Shown in pieces: positions 8,410-18,660 of a DNA stretch of 64,000 bases. The stretch lies in contig NZ_JBFAPY010000006.1 of assembly GCF_040676915.1 (NCBI RefSeq), positions 538,277 to 602,276 of the forward strand, given 5' to 3'. The translations under genes and the position numbers were made by a program. How positions within the stretch are numbered: position 1 is the stretch's first letter; each line of letters starts with the position of its first letter. The DNA comes from Asanoa sp. NPDC049475. GTDB lineage: Bacteria; Actinomycetota; Actinomycetes; Mycobacteriales; Micromonosporaceae. The notes beneath the pieces are model-generated. The model ran no database searches. It was given only the letters and a program-made list of their open reading frames with translations, and was not told the DNA's origin.

Positions 8410-9363
8410 ATGGTGGTCATGACGACTGCCACGGTGTACGCGAAGTTCGCGGCGGGTGAGGCGCACGGCGTCTCACCCGCCTACGAACGGCTGGCTTACG
8501 CGGTCTCCGCGGACGACGAGCTGCTCGCGCTGCTCGACCGGCTACCCGAGCCCAAGCGCCAGCCCAACCTGCTCTTCGGCGTGGTGCGCTGGCTCGGTGG
8601 CCCCGTCGAGGAGCCGGACACCTTCCGGGCGTACGCGCTGGCGAACTGGCCGACGATCGAGGCGCTGATGCGGTCGCGGGCGACGCAGACGAACGAGGCC
8701 GGCCGGTGCGCCGTCCTGCTGCCCGTGCTGGCGGCGCTGCCGCAGCCGCTCGCGCTGCTCGAGGTCGGAGCGTCGGCCGGCCTCGGCCTCTACCCGGACA
8801 GGTACGCGTACCGCTACGGCGACCACGTCGTCGGCTCCGGCGACCCGCTGCTGGAATGCGAAGCCACCGGCCTGACTCCGCCGAGCGCGCTTCCCGAGGT
8901 CGTGTGGCGCGCCGGCCTCGACCTCAACCCCCTCGACGTGCGCGAGCCCGCCGACGTGGCCTGGCTCGACGCGCTGATCTGGCCGGAGCACCAGCACCGC
9001 CGCGACCGGCTGCGCGCGGCGGCCGCGGTGGCCGCCGCCGACCCGCCACTGCTGATCAGCGGCGACCTGGTCGACGACCTGCCCGCGCTGGCCGCCCAGG
9101 CGCCGGCCGAGGCGACACTGGTGGTCTTCCACACCTCGGTGCTCTACCAGGTGCCCCAGCAGCGCCGGGACGCGTTCGTGGAGGTGGTGCGCGGGCTGCC
9201 CGGCCACTGGGTGTCGCTGGAGTCGCCGGACGTGCTCGGCCTCGACGACCTGCCCGCGCCGCCGGAGCCCGGCTTCCACAACGTGCTCACCCTGGACGGC
9301 ACGCCGTTGGCGTACGCGCGCGGGCACGGCCAGGCGATGACCTGGTTCGGGGTCACACCCTGA
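8410..9363 (+). CDS. DUF2332-family protein (conserved actinobacterial protein of unknown function)
   Basis: The sequence (…PNLLFGVVRWLGG…LLEVGASAGLGLYPDRY…) matches what I recall of DUF2332 proteins. The family assignment is from memory. Confidence 0.6.
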   Translation: MVVMTTATVYAKFAAGEAHGVSPAYERLAYAVSADDELLALLDRLPEPKRQPNLLFGVVRWLGGPVEEPDTFRAYALANWPTIEALMRSRATQTNEAGRCAVLLPVLAALPQPLALLEVGASAGLGLYPDRYAYRYGDHVVGSGDPLLECEATGLTPPSALPEVVWRAGLDLNPLDVREPADVAWLDALIWPEHQHRRDRLRAAAAVAAADPPLLISGDLVDDLPALAAQAPAEATLVVFHTSVLYQVPQQRRDAFVEVVRGLPGHWVSLESPDVLGLDDLPAPPEPGFHNVLTLDGTPLAYARGHGQAMTWFGVTP

Positions 9364-10441
9364 CCCGTACCCCCTGGGCGAACGCACCGCTGTGCAGTTC
9401 CAGCGTGGTCGGGTCGACGCCGGCCGGCAGCGACCAGGAGACCTGGGCCAGCAAACGGTGTCCGGGCACCACCGGCGCGTCGAACACGTCACGGCCACCG
9501 TTGGCCGCCCGGGTCGCCATCTCGTCGGTCGACACGGACTGGTCGATGCCGAAGGCGAGCCGTTGCAAGTGTGGGTGCCAGTGCTCCGGCGCCGCGCTGT
9601 GGTTGGTCATGCCGACCACAGCGGTACACCGCTGCCCGCCACCCGCCGGTGCGCAGCTGAAGTTGTACGCGGTGAACTCGAACGTGCTCTCCCGCAACGG
9701 TGTGCCCAGCGAGCCGGTGACCACCGGTCCCAGCCAGCCGGAGGGGGGTGTGCGTTGCGCTCCCGCGGCCGTGGACGCCAGTCTCGGCACGGCCAACGCC
9801 GCCACCAGCACGGAGAGCCCGACCAGCAGGACGATCGCGGTCAGCACGGCGACGCCGGCCCGGCCCTTGTCGCTCAGCGCCGCGATCCGCCGTGCGGCGC
9901 GTGGCCACCCGTACCGGGCGAACAGGACGGATGCGGCCACCAGCAGCGTGGCGAGGGCCGGCAGCCACCAGAGCTGCCACCGGTTCTCCTGGCTCGCGGT
10001 CGGGCCGACGTCGGCGGGCGTCCAGACCGACGCCGAGCAGTCGACCGGCTGGCCGGCCAGGCCGACGTAGGCGCACGCCGCTCCGGAGATCGAGGCACGG
10101 CGTTCAGGTGTGAACGTGGTCGTCAACGTCGTGCTCTCGAACGGTCCTAGATGGACAGGCCAGGCGAGCTCGCTCGGCGACCCCGGACCGGGCGAACCGC
10201 CCGGCCCGGGTGCCGGGCTCGTGGCCGTCACACGGGCACCGTCCGGCACGCTCTGCCGGACCGTCAGGTCAGTGGGCGCCTCGGTGCGGTTGCGCACCAC
10301 GACGCGATACTCGGCTTCCCGGCTTCCCTCGCTGGTCATGGCCACGTCCACCTGGCTGGCGTCGGGCTGGGCCGCGGCGGGCGCCGCCGCGAAGGGCAGC
10401 GCTGGTGCCAGGAGCGCGAGGGACAAGGCAGTACGAAGCAT
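9353..10441 (-). CDS. Hypothetical secreted/membrane protein: signal peptide, a Pro/Gly-rich extracytoplasmic region, two transmembrane helices and a C-terminal domain
   Basis: The internal ATG at 10441 gives MLRTALSLALLAPALPFAAAPAAAQ, a signal peptide. Hydrophobic helices follow (WQLWWLPALATLLVAASVLF and VAVLTAIVLLVGLSVLVAALAV). The upstream part of the 672-aa track ORF is Arg-rich shadow frame and was rejected. The gene converges on the DUF2332 gene and overlaps its end by 11 bp. Confidence 0.5.
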   Translation of the reverse strand: MLRTALSLALLAPALPFAAAPAAAQPDASQVDVAMTSEGSREAEYRVVVRNRTEAPTDLTVRQSVPDGARVTATSPAPGPGGSPGPGSPSELAWPVHLGPFESTTLTTTFTPERRASISGAACAYVGLAGQPVDCSASVWTPADVGPTASQENRWQLWWLPALATLLVAASVLFARYGWPRAARRIAALSDKGRAGVAVLTAIVLLVGLSVLVAALAVPRLASTAAGAQRTPPSGWLGPVVTGSLGTPLRESTFEFTAYNFSCAPAGGGQRCTAVVGMTNHSAAPEHWHPHLQRLAFGIDQSVSTDEMATRAANGGRDVFDAPVVPGHRLLAQVSWSLPAGVDPTTLELHSGAFAQGVRVRV

Positions 10442-10530
10442 GGCCGATCTCCCCCCGTTCTCCACGGTAGGAAGATCGCCAGGCCGTCCGGCGCGAACAC
10501 CGGATCCGGGCCGGCATCGCCAGGCCCGGG

Positions 10531-11442
10531 TTACTCTGCGAGCGTCTTCACCGCCGAGCGCTCGGCGCCGATCGGCTGGTAGCCGAGCCACTCGTTGATC
10601 GCCAGCATCGGCTTGTTGACCTCGTCGTTGCCGGTGTATCCCGCGATGAACCCGGCGTCCCGTGCTGCCCGGAATGCGACCGATTTGGCAATCTTGGCGA
10701 GGCCCCGGCCGCGATACGCCCGCCGGGTCCCGGTGCCGGTCGACATGAAGCGTCCCGACTCCCGGTCGGCGTAGAGGTAGGTCATGGTCGCCGGGTCGCC
10801 GTCGACCAGCACGACCTGGCTCAGGTCTCGGTCGACGTTGGGGTCGTGCCAGATGTCCGCGAACCAGTCGTCGTATTCGACCTTGTCGAACGGCGTGTCC
10901 GAGGGCTCGTCGAGCATGGCCTCGCTGTCGACGGCGAACACCGCCTCCGGACCGACCTCGGCGAAGCTGGCGGTCGTGACACCAGACGGGAGCGGGGGTG
11001 CCGGCGGCAGGTCGGCGAGCAGCAGCCGCTGGTAGCGGGCCTCGTGGTTGAGCGTGTAGCCGTGCTTCTCGACGAACCGCAGCGTGTCGGGCTCGTCGAC
11101 GGCGTAACCGACCACCTTGCGCCCGCCGATCGAGCGCAGGTGCGCCTCGGCCGCGGCCAGCAGCGCGGTGCCGATCCCCCGGCCGCGGGCGTCGGGCCGG
11201 ACGATGACCGCGGTGCCGGCCGCGCCCTCTTCGGAGGTCCAGATGTTGAGGTCGGCCCGGGCGAAACCGGCCAGGCCCTGCTCGTCGTCGACGGCGAACA
11301 ACGCGCCCTTGGCGTTGCGGGCGGACAGCGCCCAGCCGTGCCGCAGCCCGGCGACGGTGTTGACCTGCCAAGGGAAGACCTGGGCGCGGATGGCGAGCAG
11401 CGGACCCGCGTCGTCAGGGGTGCCGGGGCGGACGGTCGTCAT
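10531..11442 (-). CDS. GNAT-family N-acetyltransferase with two tandem acetyltransferase domains
   Basis: There are two acetyl-CoA-binding motifs, …RPDARGRGIGTALL… and …RRAYRGRGLAKIA…. Confidence 0.8.
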   Translation of the reverse strand: MTTVRPGTPDDAGPLLAIRAQVFPWQVNTVAGLRHGWALSARNAKGALFAVDDEQGLAGFARADLNIWTSEEGAAGTAVIVRPDARGRGIGTALLAAAEAHLRSIGGRKVVGYAVDEPDTLRFVEKHGYTLNHEARYQRLLLADLPPAPPLPSGVTTASFAEVGPEAVFAVDSEAMLDEPSDTPFDKVEYDDWFADIWHDPNVDRDLSQVVLVDGDPATMTYLYADRESGRFMSTGTGTRRAYRGRGLAKIAKSVAFRAARDAGFIAGYTGNDEVNKPMLAINEWLGYQPIGAERSAVKTLAE

Positions 11443-11484
11443 GCCACTTGTCTAACAGGCGGCGCAAACAGATTTACTGATGCC

Positions 11485-11922
11485 ATGGACATCTCCGTAA
11501 CCCTCCGCCCGGTCGACGCCGACAACTGGCGCGCGGTCGCCGGACTCACCGTCACCGAGCCTCAGCGTGCCTGGGTCGCCGAGCCGGCCTACTACCTCGC
11601 GCTGTGCCACTACAGCCCGGTCGGTTGGCGGCCGCTGGCCGTCACCACCACGGACGGTGGCGTCGTCGGTTTCCTGATGTGGGCGATCGACCCCGAGGAC
11701 GGCGCGGCCTGGCTCGGCGGCATCACGGTGGACGCCGCGCACCAGGGCCGGGGTTACGGACGGGCGGCGGTCAGCGCGGCCCTGGCCGAGATCGACGCGC
11801 CCAGCTTCGCCCTCTCCTACCAGCCGGACAACACCGCGGCCCGCGCCCTGTACGCCAGCCTGGGCTTCGTCGAGTCCGGCGAGCTCGAGGACGACGAGGT
11901 GGTGGCCCGCAGGCCGAAATAG
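11485..11922 (+). CDS. GNAT-family N-acetyltransferase
   Basis: The acetyl-CoA motif is …VDAAHQGRGYGRAAVSAAL…. It is divergent from the tandem-GNAT gene across a short AT-richer spacer. Confidence 0.75.
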   Translation: MDISVTLRPVDADNWRAVAGLTVTEPQRAWVAEPAYYLALCHYSPVGWRPLAVTTTDGGVVGFLMWAIDPEDGAAWLGGITVDAAHQGRGYGRAAVSAALAEIDAPSFALSYQPDNTAARALYASLGFVESGELEDDEVVARRPK

Positions 11923-11923
11923 G

Positions 11924-12580
11924 TCACTCGGAGGCGTCGTGGGCCAGCAGGGCCAACTGGATGCGGTTGGTCAGGTCCAGCTTCGTCAGCGCGCTGGACA
12001 GGTGCGCCTTGACGGTGCCGACCGACATGTAGAGCCGCTCGGCGATGTCGCCGTTGGACAAGCCCTCGGCGACCGCCTGGGCCACGGCACGCTCCCGCTC
12101 GGAGAGCACCGCCAGCCGCTCCCGCGCCCGGTCGCGGCGGTTGCTGCCGACCCGGTCGCCGCCGGTCGCCACATGGTCGATCAGCGTGCGCGCGACGCTC
12201 GGCGAGAGCACCGCCTCGCCGGCCGCCGCGCGGCGCACCGCCTCGACGATCTCCTGGGGCGGCGTGTGCTTGAGCAGGAAGCCGGCGGCACCGGCGCGCA
12301 GCGCCTCGACCACGGTGGCGTCGGCGTCGAAGGTGGTGAGCACGATGACCGCGGGGCCGGGACCGAGCGCCCGGGTCGCCGTGATCCCGTCGACCACCGG
12401 CATGCGCACGTCCATCAGCACGACGTCCGGCTGGGTGCGGCGCACCTGGTCCGGCACGGACGAGCCGTCGACCGCTTCGCCGACCACCTCGATGTCGGCG
12501 GCGCCGCCGAGCATCAGTCGCAGCCCGGCCCGCACCAGCGCGTCGTCGTCGACGAGCAGGACGCGCACCGGTCGGCTCAT
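11924..12580 (-). CDS. Two-component response regulator, NarL/FixJ (LuxR) family
   Basis: The REC domain is MSRPVRVLLVDDDALVR…DVVLMDVRMP and the LuxR HTH is …LSERERAVAQAVAEGLSNGDIAERL…. The start at 12580 overlaps the kinase stop by 4 bp. Confidence 0.85.
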   Translation of the reverse strand: MSRPVRVLLVDDDALVRAGLRLMLGGAADIEVVGEAVDGSSVPDQVRRTQPDVVLMDVRMPVVDGITATRALGPGPAVIVLTTFDADATVVEALRAGAAGFLLKHTPPQEIVEAVRRAAAGEAVLSPSVARTLIDHVATGGDRVGSNRRDRARERLAVLSERERAVAQAVAEGLSNGDIAERLYMSVGTVKAHLSSALTKLDLTNRIQLALLAHDASE

Positions 12581-13848
12581 ACCGGCCACGGTAACCGGGT
12601 CACCAACCGGAAGCAGCCCCCGTGCGGGCCGTGCTCCAGCGTGCCGCCGTCGAGCGCGACCCGTTCGGAAAGCCCGGCCAGCCCGACGCCGGCGCCCGGG
12701 ATGCCGCTGGCGGCCGTCGTGCCGACCGGCAGCGGGTTGCTCACCGTCGCCGTGATCCCGACGCCGGGCGCGCCGGTGACCCGCACGTCGACGAGCGCGC
12801 CGGGCGCGTGCTTGCGGGCGTTCGTCAGTCCTTCCTGGACGGTCCGGTAGACCGTGCGCTGCACGGCGCCGCGCAGTGCCTCGTCCGGCTCGCATTCGAC
12901 AGCGACCGAGACCCGCTGCCCCACGGCCTCCGCGTCGGCGACCAGCCGCCTGATGTCGCCGATCCGCGGCTGTGGCGGCCCGGCAGCCGCCGGCGCCGCC
13001 TCGTCGTCGTCCGTGCGCAGGACCTCGAGCACGTCGCCGAGCTCCACCAGCGCCCGTCGGGCGTTGCCGTGGATCACGTCGACGGCGGCGCTGACGTCGG
13101 AGGCGTCCAATGGCCGCCCCGCGCCGGCCTCGGCCTGTGCACTGCGGTAGGACAGGGCTCCGGCGTGCACAGAGATCAGCGAGATGCGGTGCGCGAGGGT
13201 GTCGTGCATCTCCCGGGCGATCCGCTCCCGCTCGGCCCGACGCGCGTCGGCCAGCCGCCGCTCGTGGTCGCGCGCCGCCCATTCGGCGTCACGGCGCAGG
13301 CTGGCCACGACCTGCCGCCGCCATCGGACCGCCATCCCCCAGGCAAGCGGTGTCACGAACATCAGCAACACGATCACCACCATCGCCTGCCACGCCACGT
13401 TGGGCGGCGGGTGCGCGAAGCTGAACCAGAGCGACGGCACCAGGTAGGCGTCCGCCACGAGCACGGCGACCAGCCACCCCCGGTGCACGGCGACGGTGAG
13501 CACGACCACGAGCGCGGCACCCACGGTGCTGTCGCCGATCATGTAGGCCACGAACACGAGACCAGCCACCACGATGGGGAACCGCCGTCGCCACCACAGC
13601 GCGATGCACGCCGCCAGGCTGACGAACGGGTCAGCCGTGTGGAACCACTGCGGGACCGCGTCGCCGTAGTACGGCGCCCCGCCGGAGTCGAGCACCACGA
13701 AGCCAAGGGCGAAAAGGAACAACGCCGCGTCGGCTGCCCAGTCCCGGGCGGTGCGGCGCCGACGCGGCTCGTCGACCGAGACCCCCGCCAGCTCCGCGGG
13801 CAGCAGCCACCGCGGCGAGCGGAAGGGCTTGGGCCGGGTCGTGCTCAT
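12577..13848 (-). CDS. Sensor histidine kinase, HisKA_3/NarX-type, membrane-bound
   Basis: The H-box is REMHDTLAHRISLISVHAG. A HATPase_c domain and N-terminal TM helices are present. Start chosen at MSTTRPKPF (13848). Confidence 0.8.
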   Translation of the reverse strand: MSTTRPKPFRSPRWLLPAELAGVSVDEPRRRRTARDWAADAALFLFALGFVVLDSGGAPYYGDAVPQWFHTADPFVSLAACIALWWRRRFPIVVAGLVFVAYMIGDSTVGAALVVVLTVAVHRGWLVAVLVADAYLVPSLWFSFAHPPPNVAWQAMVVIVLLMFVTPLAWGMAVRWRRQVVASLRRDAEWAARDHERRLADARRAERERIAREMHDTLAHRISLISVHAGALSYRSAQAEAGAGRPLDASDVSAAVDVIHGNARRALVELGDVLEVLRTDDDEAAPAAAGPPQPRIGDIRRLVADAEAVGQRVSVAVECEPDEALRGAVQRTVYRTVQEGLTNARKHAPGALVDVRVTGAPGVGITATVSNPLPVGTTAASGIPGAGVGLAGLSERVALDGGTLEHGPHGGCFRLVTRLPWPV

Positions 13849-13934
13849 GCCGCGAGGGTACGACGCACGCCGCGCGTCGCTCGACCAGTAATCCTGGCCA
13901 ACCAGCCAAGCCTCATAGCCGATGGATGGCTGTG

Positions 13935-15332
13935 CTAGTGCAGGGCCGCCGCGAGCAGGGCCAGCCCCGCGTCGATCTCGGGCGGGTCGAGGGTGGCGTA
14001 CCCGAAGATCAGCCCGGCGGGACCGGGAGTGAGCCGGTAGCGACCGACGCCCGCGACTCCGACCCCGGCGGACCGGGCGGCGGCGACGACCTCGTCCTCG
14101 GCGAGCCCGGACGGGAGCCACGCGACGAGGTGCAGGCCGGCAGCCACTCCGGCGGGCCGGAATCCTGGTAGGTGCCGGGCCAGACCGGCCAGCAGAGCGT
14201 CCCGGCGCCGCCGATAGATCGGGCGCATCCGGCGCAGGTGCCGGTCGAACTCGCCGTGGGCGAGAAAGTCGGCCAGCGCGAGCTGGTCCACGGCCGACGA
14301 GCCGCGGTCGGCCCGCACCTTGGCCCCGGCGAGCTCGTCGACCAGGCCGGCCGGCGTCACCAGCCAGCCGATCCGCAGCCCGGGCGCGAGGGTCTTGCTC
14401 GCCGTGCCCGCGTAGATCACCCGGTCCGGGTCGAGTCCCTGCAGCGCCCCGACCGGGGCGCGGTCGTAGCGGTGCTCGGCGTCGTAGTCGTCCTCCACCA
14501 CCACCGCGTCGTGCTCCCTGGCCCAGCGCAGCACCGCCGCCCGGGCCGGTGGCGGCAACACACCGCCGGTCGGCCACTGGTGCGACGGGGTCAACACCAG
14601 GGCGTCCGCCGACACCCGGTCAAGGGCGGCCACGTCGACACCGTCGGGGCCGACCGGCACGCCGACCACCTCGATGCCGGCGGCCAGGGCGTGTTCCCGG
14701 GCGTCGTCGTCGGGTGACGGGTCTTCCACGGCGATCCGGCGGGCGCCCCGCTGGGCGAGCACCTGCACGACCAGCGCGATGCCCTGTGCGAACCCGTTCG
14801 TCACCACCACATTGGACGCTGACGCGTCGGTGCCGCGAACGCGGTTGAGGTAGTCGGCCAACGCGTGCCGGAGCTCCGGCACGCCACCGCCGCTGGCGTA
14901 GCCGAACCGGTCGTCGGGCGCGTGGTTCAGCACCCGCCGCAGCGACCGCAGCCAGGCGGCCCGCGGGAAGTGCGCGACGTCGGCCCGACCGTACCCGAAG
15001 TCGATCCGGACCAGTGCCGCCGGCCGCACCGGCGCCCGGGGTGGCGCCGGTGACGGACCTGCCGCCACCCGGGTGTAGCCACCGGGCCGACTGCTCAGGT
15101 AACCCTCGGCGACGAGCTGCTGATAGGCCTCGACCACGATGCCGCGGGACACCCCGAGGTCGGCCGCGAGCGTGCGGGTGGGCGGCACGGACGCGCCCAG
15201 CGGGAGCCGGCCCGACCGGACGCCCTCGCGGATCGCCGCCTCGATCTGGCGATGCAACGCGACCGGTGCGGCCCGGTCGAGGGGAATCAGCAGGTCGCTC
15301 GCGGCTCCAGAATTGGTCCAGGATCCCACCAT
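13935..15332 (-). CDS. MocR-like transcriptional regulator (GntR HTH fused to a PLP-dependent aminotransferase fold)
   Basis: The GntR HTH is …PTRTLAADLGVSRGIVVEAYQQL…. The aminotransferase class I/II domain carries the PLP-binding motif region …YAGTASKTLAPGLRIGW…. Confidence 0.85.
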   Translation of the reverse strand: MVGSWTNSGAASDLLIPLDRAAPVALHRQIEAAIREGVRSGRLPLGASVPPTRTLAADLGVSRGIVVEAYQQLVAEGYLSSRPGGYTRVAAGPSPAPPRAPVRPAALVRIDFGYGRADVAHFPRAAWLRSLRRVLNHAPDDRFGYASGGGVPELRHALADYLNRVRGTDASASNVVVTNGFAQGIALVVQVLAQRGARRIAVEDPSPDDDAREHALAAGIEVVGVPVGPDGVDVAALDRVSADALVLTPSHQWPTGGVLPPPARAAVLRWAREHDAVVVEDDYDAEHRYDRAPVGALQGLDPDRVIYAGTASKTLAPGLRIGWLVTPAGLVDELAGAKVRADRGSSAVDQLALADFLAHGEFDRHLRRMRPIYRRRRDALLAGLARHLPGFRPAGVAAGLHLVAWLPSGLAEDEVVAAARSAGVGVAGVGRYRLTPGPAGLIFGYATLDPPEIDAGLALLAAALH

Positions 15333-15379
15333 GGAATCGGAGCTTATTGGTAGTACCGATTCTTGGCACCGTCAGTGAC

Positions 15380-16693
15380 ATGACGACGACATCCCTCACC
15401 GGCCAGGTCCTGCACCCCACCGACCCCGGCTATGACGAAGCCCGCTCCGTCTGGAACGCGATGGTCGACCGCCGGCCCGCCCTGATCGTGCGCTGCGGCA
15501 CGGTCACCGACGTGGTCAACGCCGTCCGCCACGCCCGCGACCACGACCTCGAGATCGGCGTCCGGTGCGGCGGCCACAGCGTGCTCGGCCTCGCGGTGCC
15601 GGCCGGCGGCCTGATGATCGACCTGACGCCGATGGGCGGGGTGACGGTGGACCCGCGTACCCGGCGCGCGCGGGTGCAGGGCGGTGCCATGCTCGGCGCC
15701 CTGGACCGGGCGGCGCAGCGCTACGGCCTGGCCACCACGGCCGGCAACGTCTCGCACACGGGCGTCGGCGGGCTCACCCTCGGCGGCGGCATGGGCTGGC
15801 TGGCCCGGCGGTACGGGCTGTCGTGCGACAACGTCGTGTCCTACGAGGTGGTCACCGCCGACGGGGCCGTGGTCACCGCGACCCGCGACGAGCACCCCGA
15901 GCTGTTCTGGGGCCTGCGTGGCGGCGGCGGCAACTTCGGCATCGTGACCTCGTTCGAGTTCCAGCTCCACGAGATCGGCACCAGTGCGCTGCTGGCCAGC
16001 TACGTGTTCGACCCGGCGGACGGTGTCGCCGTGCTGGATGGCTGGCGGGAGCTCAGCGCGGCCGCGCCGCGGGAGGCCACCTACCAGGCCACCATCGGTG
16101 CGGCCGGGGTCGACGTCGGCTTCGTCTGGGTGGGCGACCCGGTGCGGGGGCGTCGGCTCACCCGCGACCTCGCCGGCCTCGGTCGCACCCGCCGCGAGAC
16201 CGTCCGTGAACTGTCCTATCTGGAGCTTCAGACGATCGACGACGCCGTGGACGGCCACCACTTCCGCCGCTACTGGAAGGGCCTCTACCTCGACCGCCTG
16301 CCCGCCGAGGCGGCCGCCGCGTTGGTCGACCGCGGCGACGCCGCCGAAGCGCTGCGGCCGACGATGTCGTTGCAGGCCTACGGCGGTGCGATCCAGGACG
16401 TGCCGGACGACGACGCCGCGTACGGCCAGCGGGGCACGCTGTTCGAGCTCGTCGCGGCGGCGCGCTGGGACGACCCGGCCGAGGACGCCGACCGGATGGC
16501 CGCCGCCCGGAGCGCGGTCGCGCCGCTGACGCCGTACTCCAGCGGGATGTATCTCAACACCCTCAGCGACGAGGGCGCCGCCGGCGTCCGGCGGGCCTTT
16601 CCGCCCGCGAAGCTGGCGCGGCTGGCCGCTCTGAAGCGCACCTACGACCCGACCAACGTCTTCCACCTGAACCAGAACATCGCGCCGGCCTGA
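15380..16693 (+). CDS. FAD-linked oxidase of the berberine-bridge-enzyme-like / FAD_binding_4 family
   Basis: The FAD-binding domain (…VRCGGHSVLGLAVPAGGLMIDL…) and a C-terminal BBE-like domain are present. It is divergent from the MocR regulator with a 47-bp spacer. Confidence 0.85.
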   Translation: MTTTSLTGQVLHPTDPGYDEARSVWNAMVDRRPALIVRCGTVTDVVNAVRHARDHDLEIGVRCGGHSVLGLAVPAGGLMIDLTPMGGVTVDPRTRRARVQGGAMLGALDRAAQRYGLATTAGNVSHTGVGGLTLGGGMGWLARRYGLSCDNVVSYEVVTADGAVVTATRDEHPELFWGLRGGGGNFGIVTSFEFQLHEIGTSALLASYVFDPADGVAVLDGWRELSAAAPREATYQATIGAAGVDVGFVWVGDPVRGRRLTRDLAGLGRTRRETVRELSYLELQTIDDAVDGHHFRRYWKGLYLDRLPAEAAAALVDRGDAAEALRPTMSLQAYGGAIQDVPDDDAAYGQRGTLFELVAAARWDDPAEDADRMAAARSAVAPLTPYSSGMYLNTLSDEGAAGVRRAFPPAKLARLAALKRTYDPTNVFHLNQNIAPA

Positions 16694-16758
16694 CGCGAAT
16701 CCATCACTTGGCACTACCCGTCAATTCGGGATGACCGATCTTCGATCGAAGCCGATAG

Positions 16759-18225
<1,467 letters not shown>

Positions 18226-18234
18226 TCCGCCTAT

Positions 18235-18321
18235 GATGGCCGGGTGACTGCCGGGTCGGCCCTGACGGGCCTTACTTCGATCGGTTACCCGGCCATCTCT
18301 TGACCGCCCCGCGGGCCCGCG
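18235..18321. terminator. Hairpin-forming inverted repeats downstream of the protease gene
   Basis: An 11-bp perfect inverted repeat GATGGCCGGGT…ACCCGGCCATC spans 18235-18297. A 12-bp perfect palindrome CGCGGGCCCGCG sits at 18310-18321. No clear U-tract follows. Confidence 0.35.
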
Positions 18322-18385
18322 GCCCGCCGGCGCACCTCCTCCATCGCTTTCGCAGGCGTGTTTTCGAGAGGAGGTGAATTCCTAC

Positions 18386-18622
18386 ATGTCTGTTACCGAC
18401 GCGGCCTGGTCCGCGTTCGTCGCTCGCTATGCGGTCGGCTCGGTCGTCCACGGCGACGTGGTGAGCGTCGTGCCGTTCGGCGCGTTCGTGCGCATCGGCG
18501 AGGTCGACGGCTTCGCGCCGCTGCGCGAGTGGCCGACCCCGCTCGAGGAGGGCGCGATCGTCCCGGTGCGCATCGCCGCCATCGACCCGGACGCCCGCCG
18601 CTTCGCGGTGCATCCGGCCTGA
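18386..18622 (+). CDS. Small protein (78 aa) with an S1-like RNA-binding (OB-fold) domain
   Basis: A GAGAGGAGG site precedes the ATG. The pattern GSVVHGDVVSVVPFGAFVRIGE-VDGF…VPVRIAAIDP resembles an S1/CSD-like OB fold. Confidence 0.5.
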   Translation: MSVTDAAWSAFVARYAVGSVVHGDVVSVVPFGAFVRIGEVDGFAPLREWPTPLEEGAIVPVRIAAIDPDARRFAVHPA

Positions 18623-18660
18623 TCGAGGTTGTCCGGGGGTGGGCCCGCCCCCGGAAAATC

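Noticed and set aside
5945-8432. Extended ORFs 5945-7171 (N-terminal 140 codons), 6266-7375 (-), 6421-7230 (+), 7287-8432 (-) and 7349-8422 (+).
   Set aside because: The upstream extensions and antisense frames are Arg/Gly-rich junk. Real starts are at the ATGA overlap (6362) and at the RBS-supported ATG 7242.
10442-11371. Upstream 310 codons of the 672-aa minus-strand ORF 9353-11371.
   Set aside because: That part is antisense to the tandem GNAT gene and Arg/Gly-rich. A signal-peptide-bearing internal ATG at 10441 gives a coherent secreted membrane protein.
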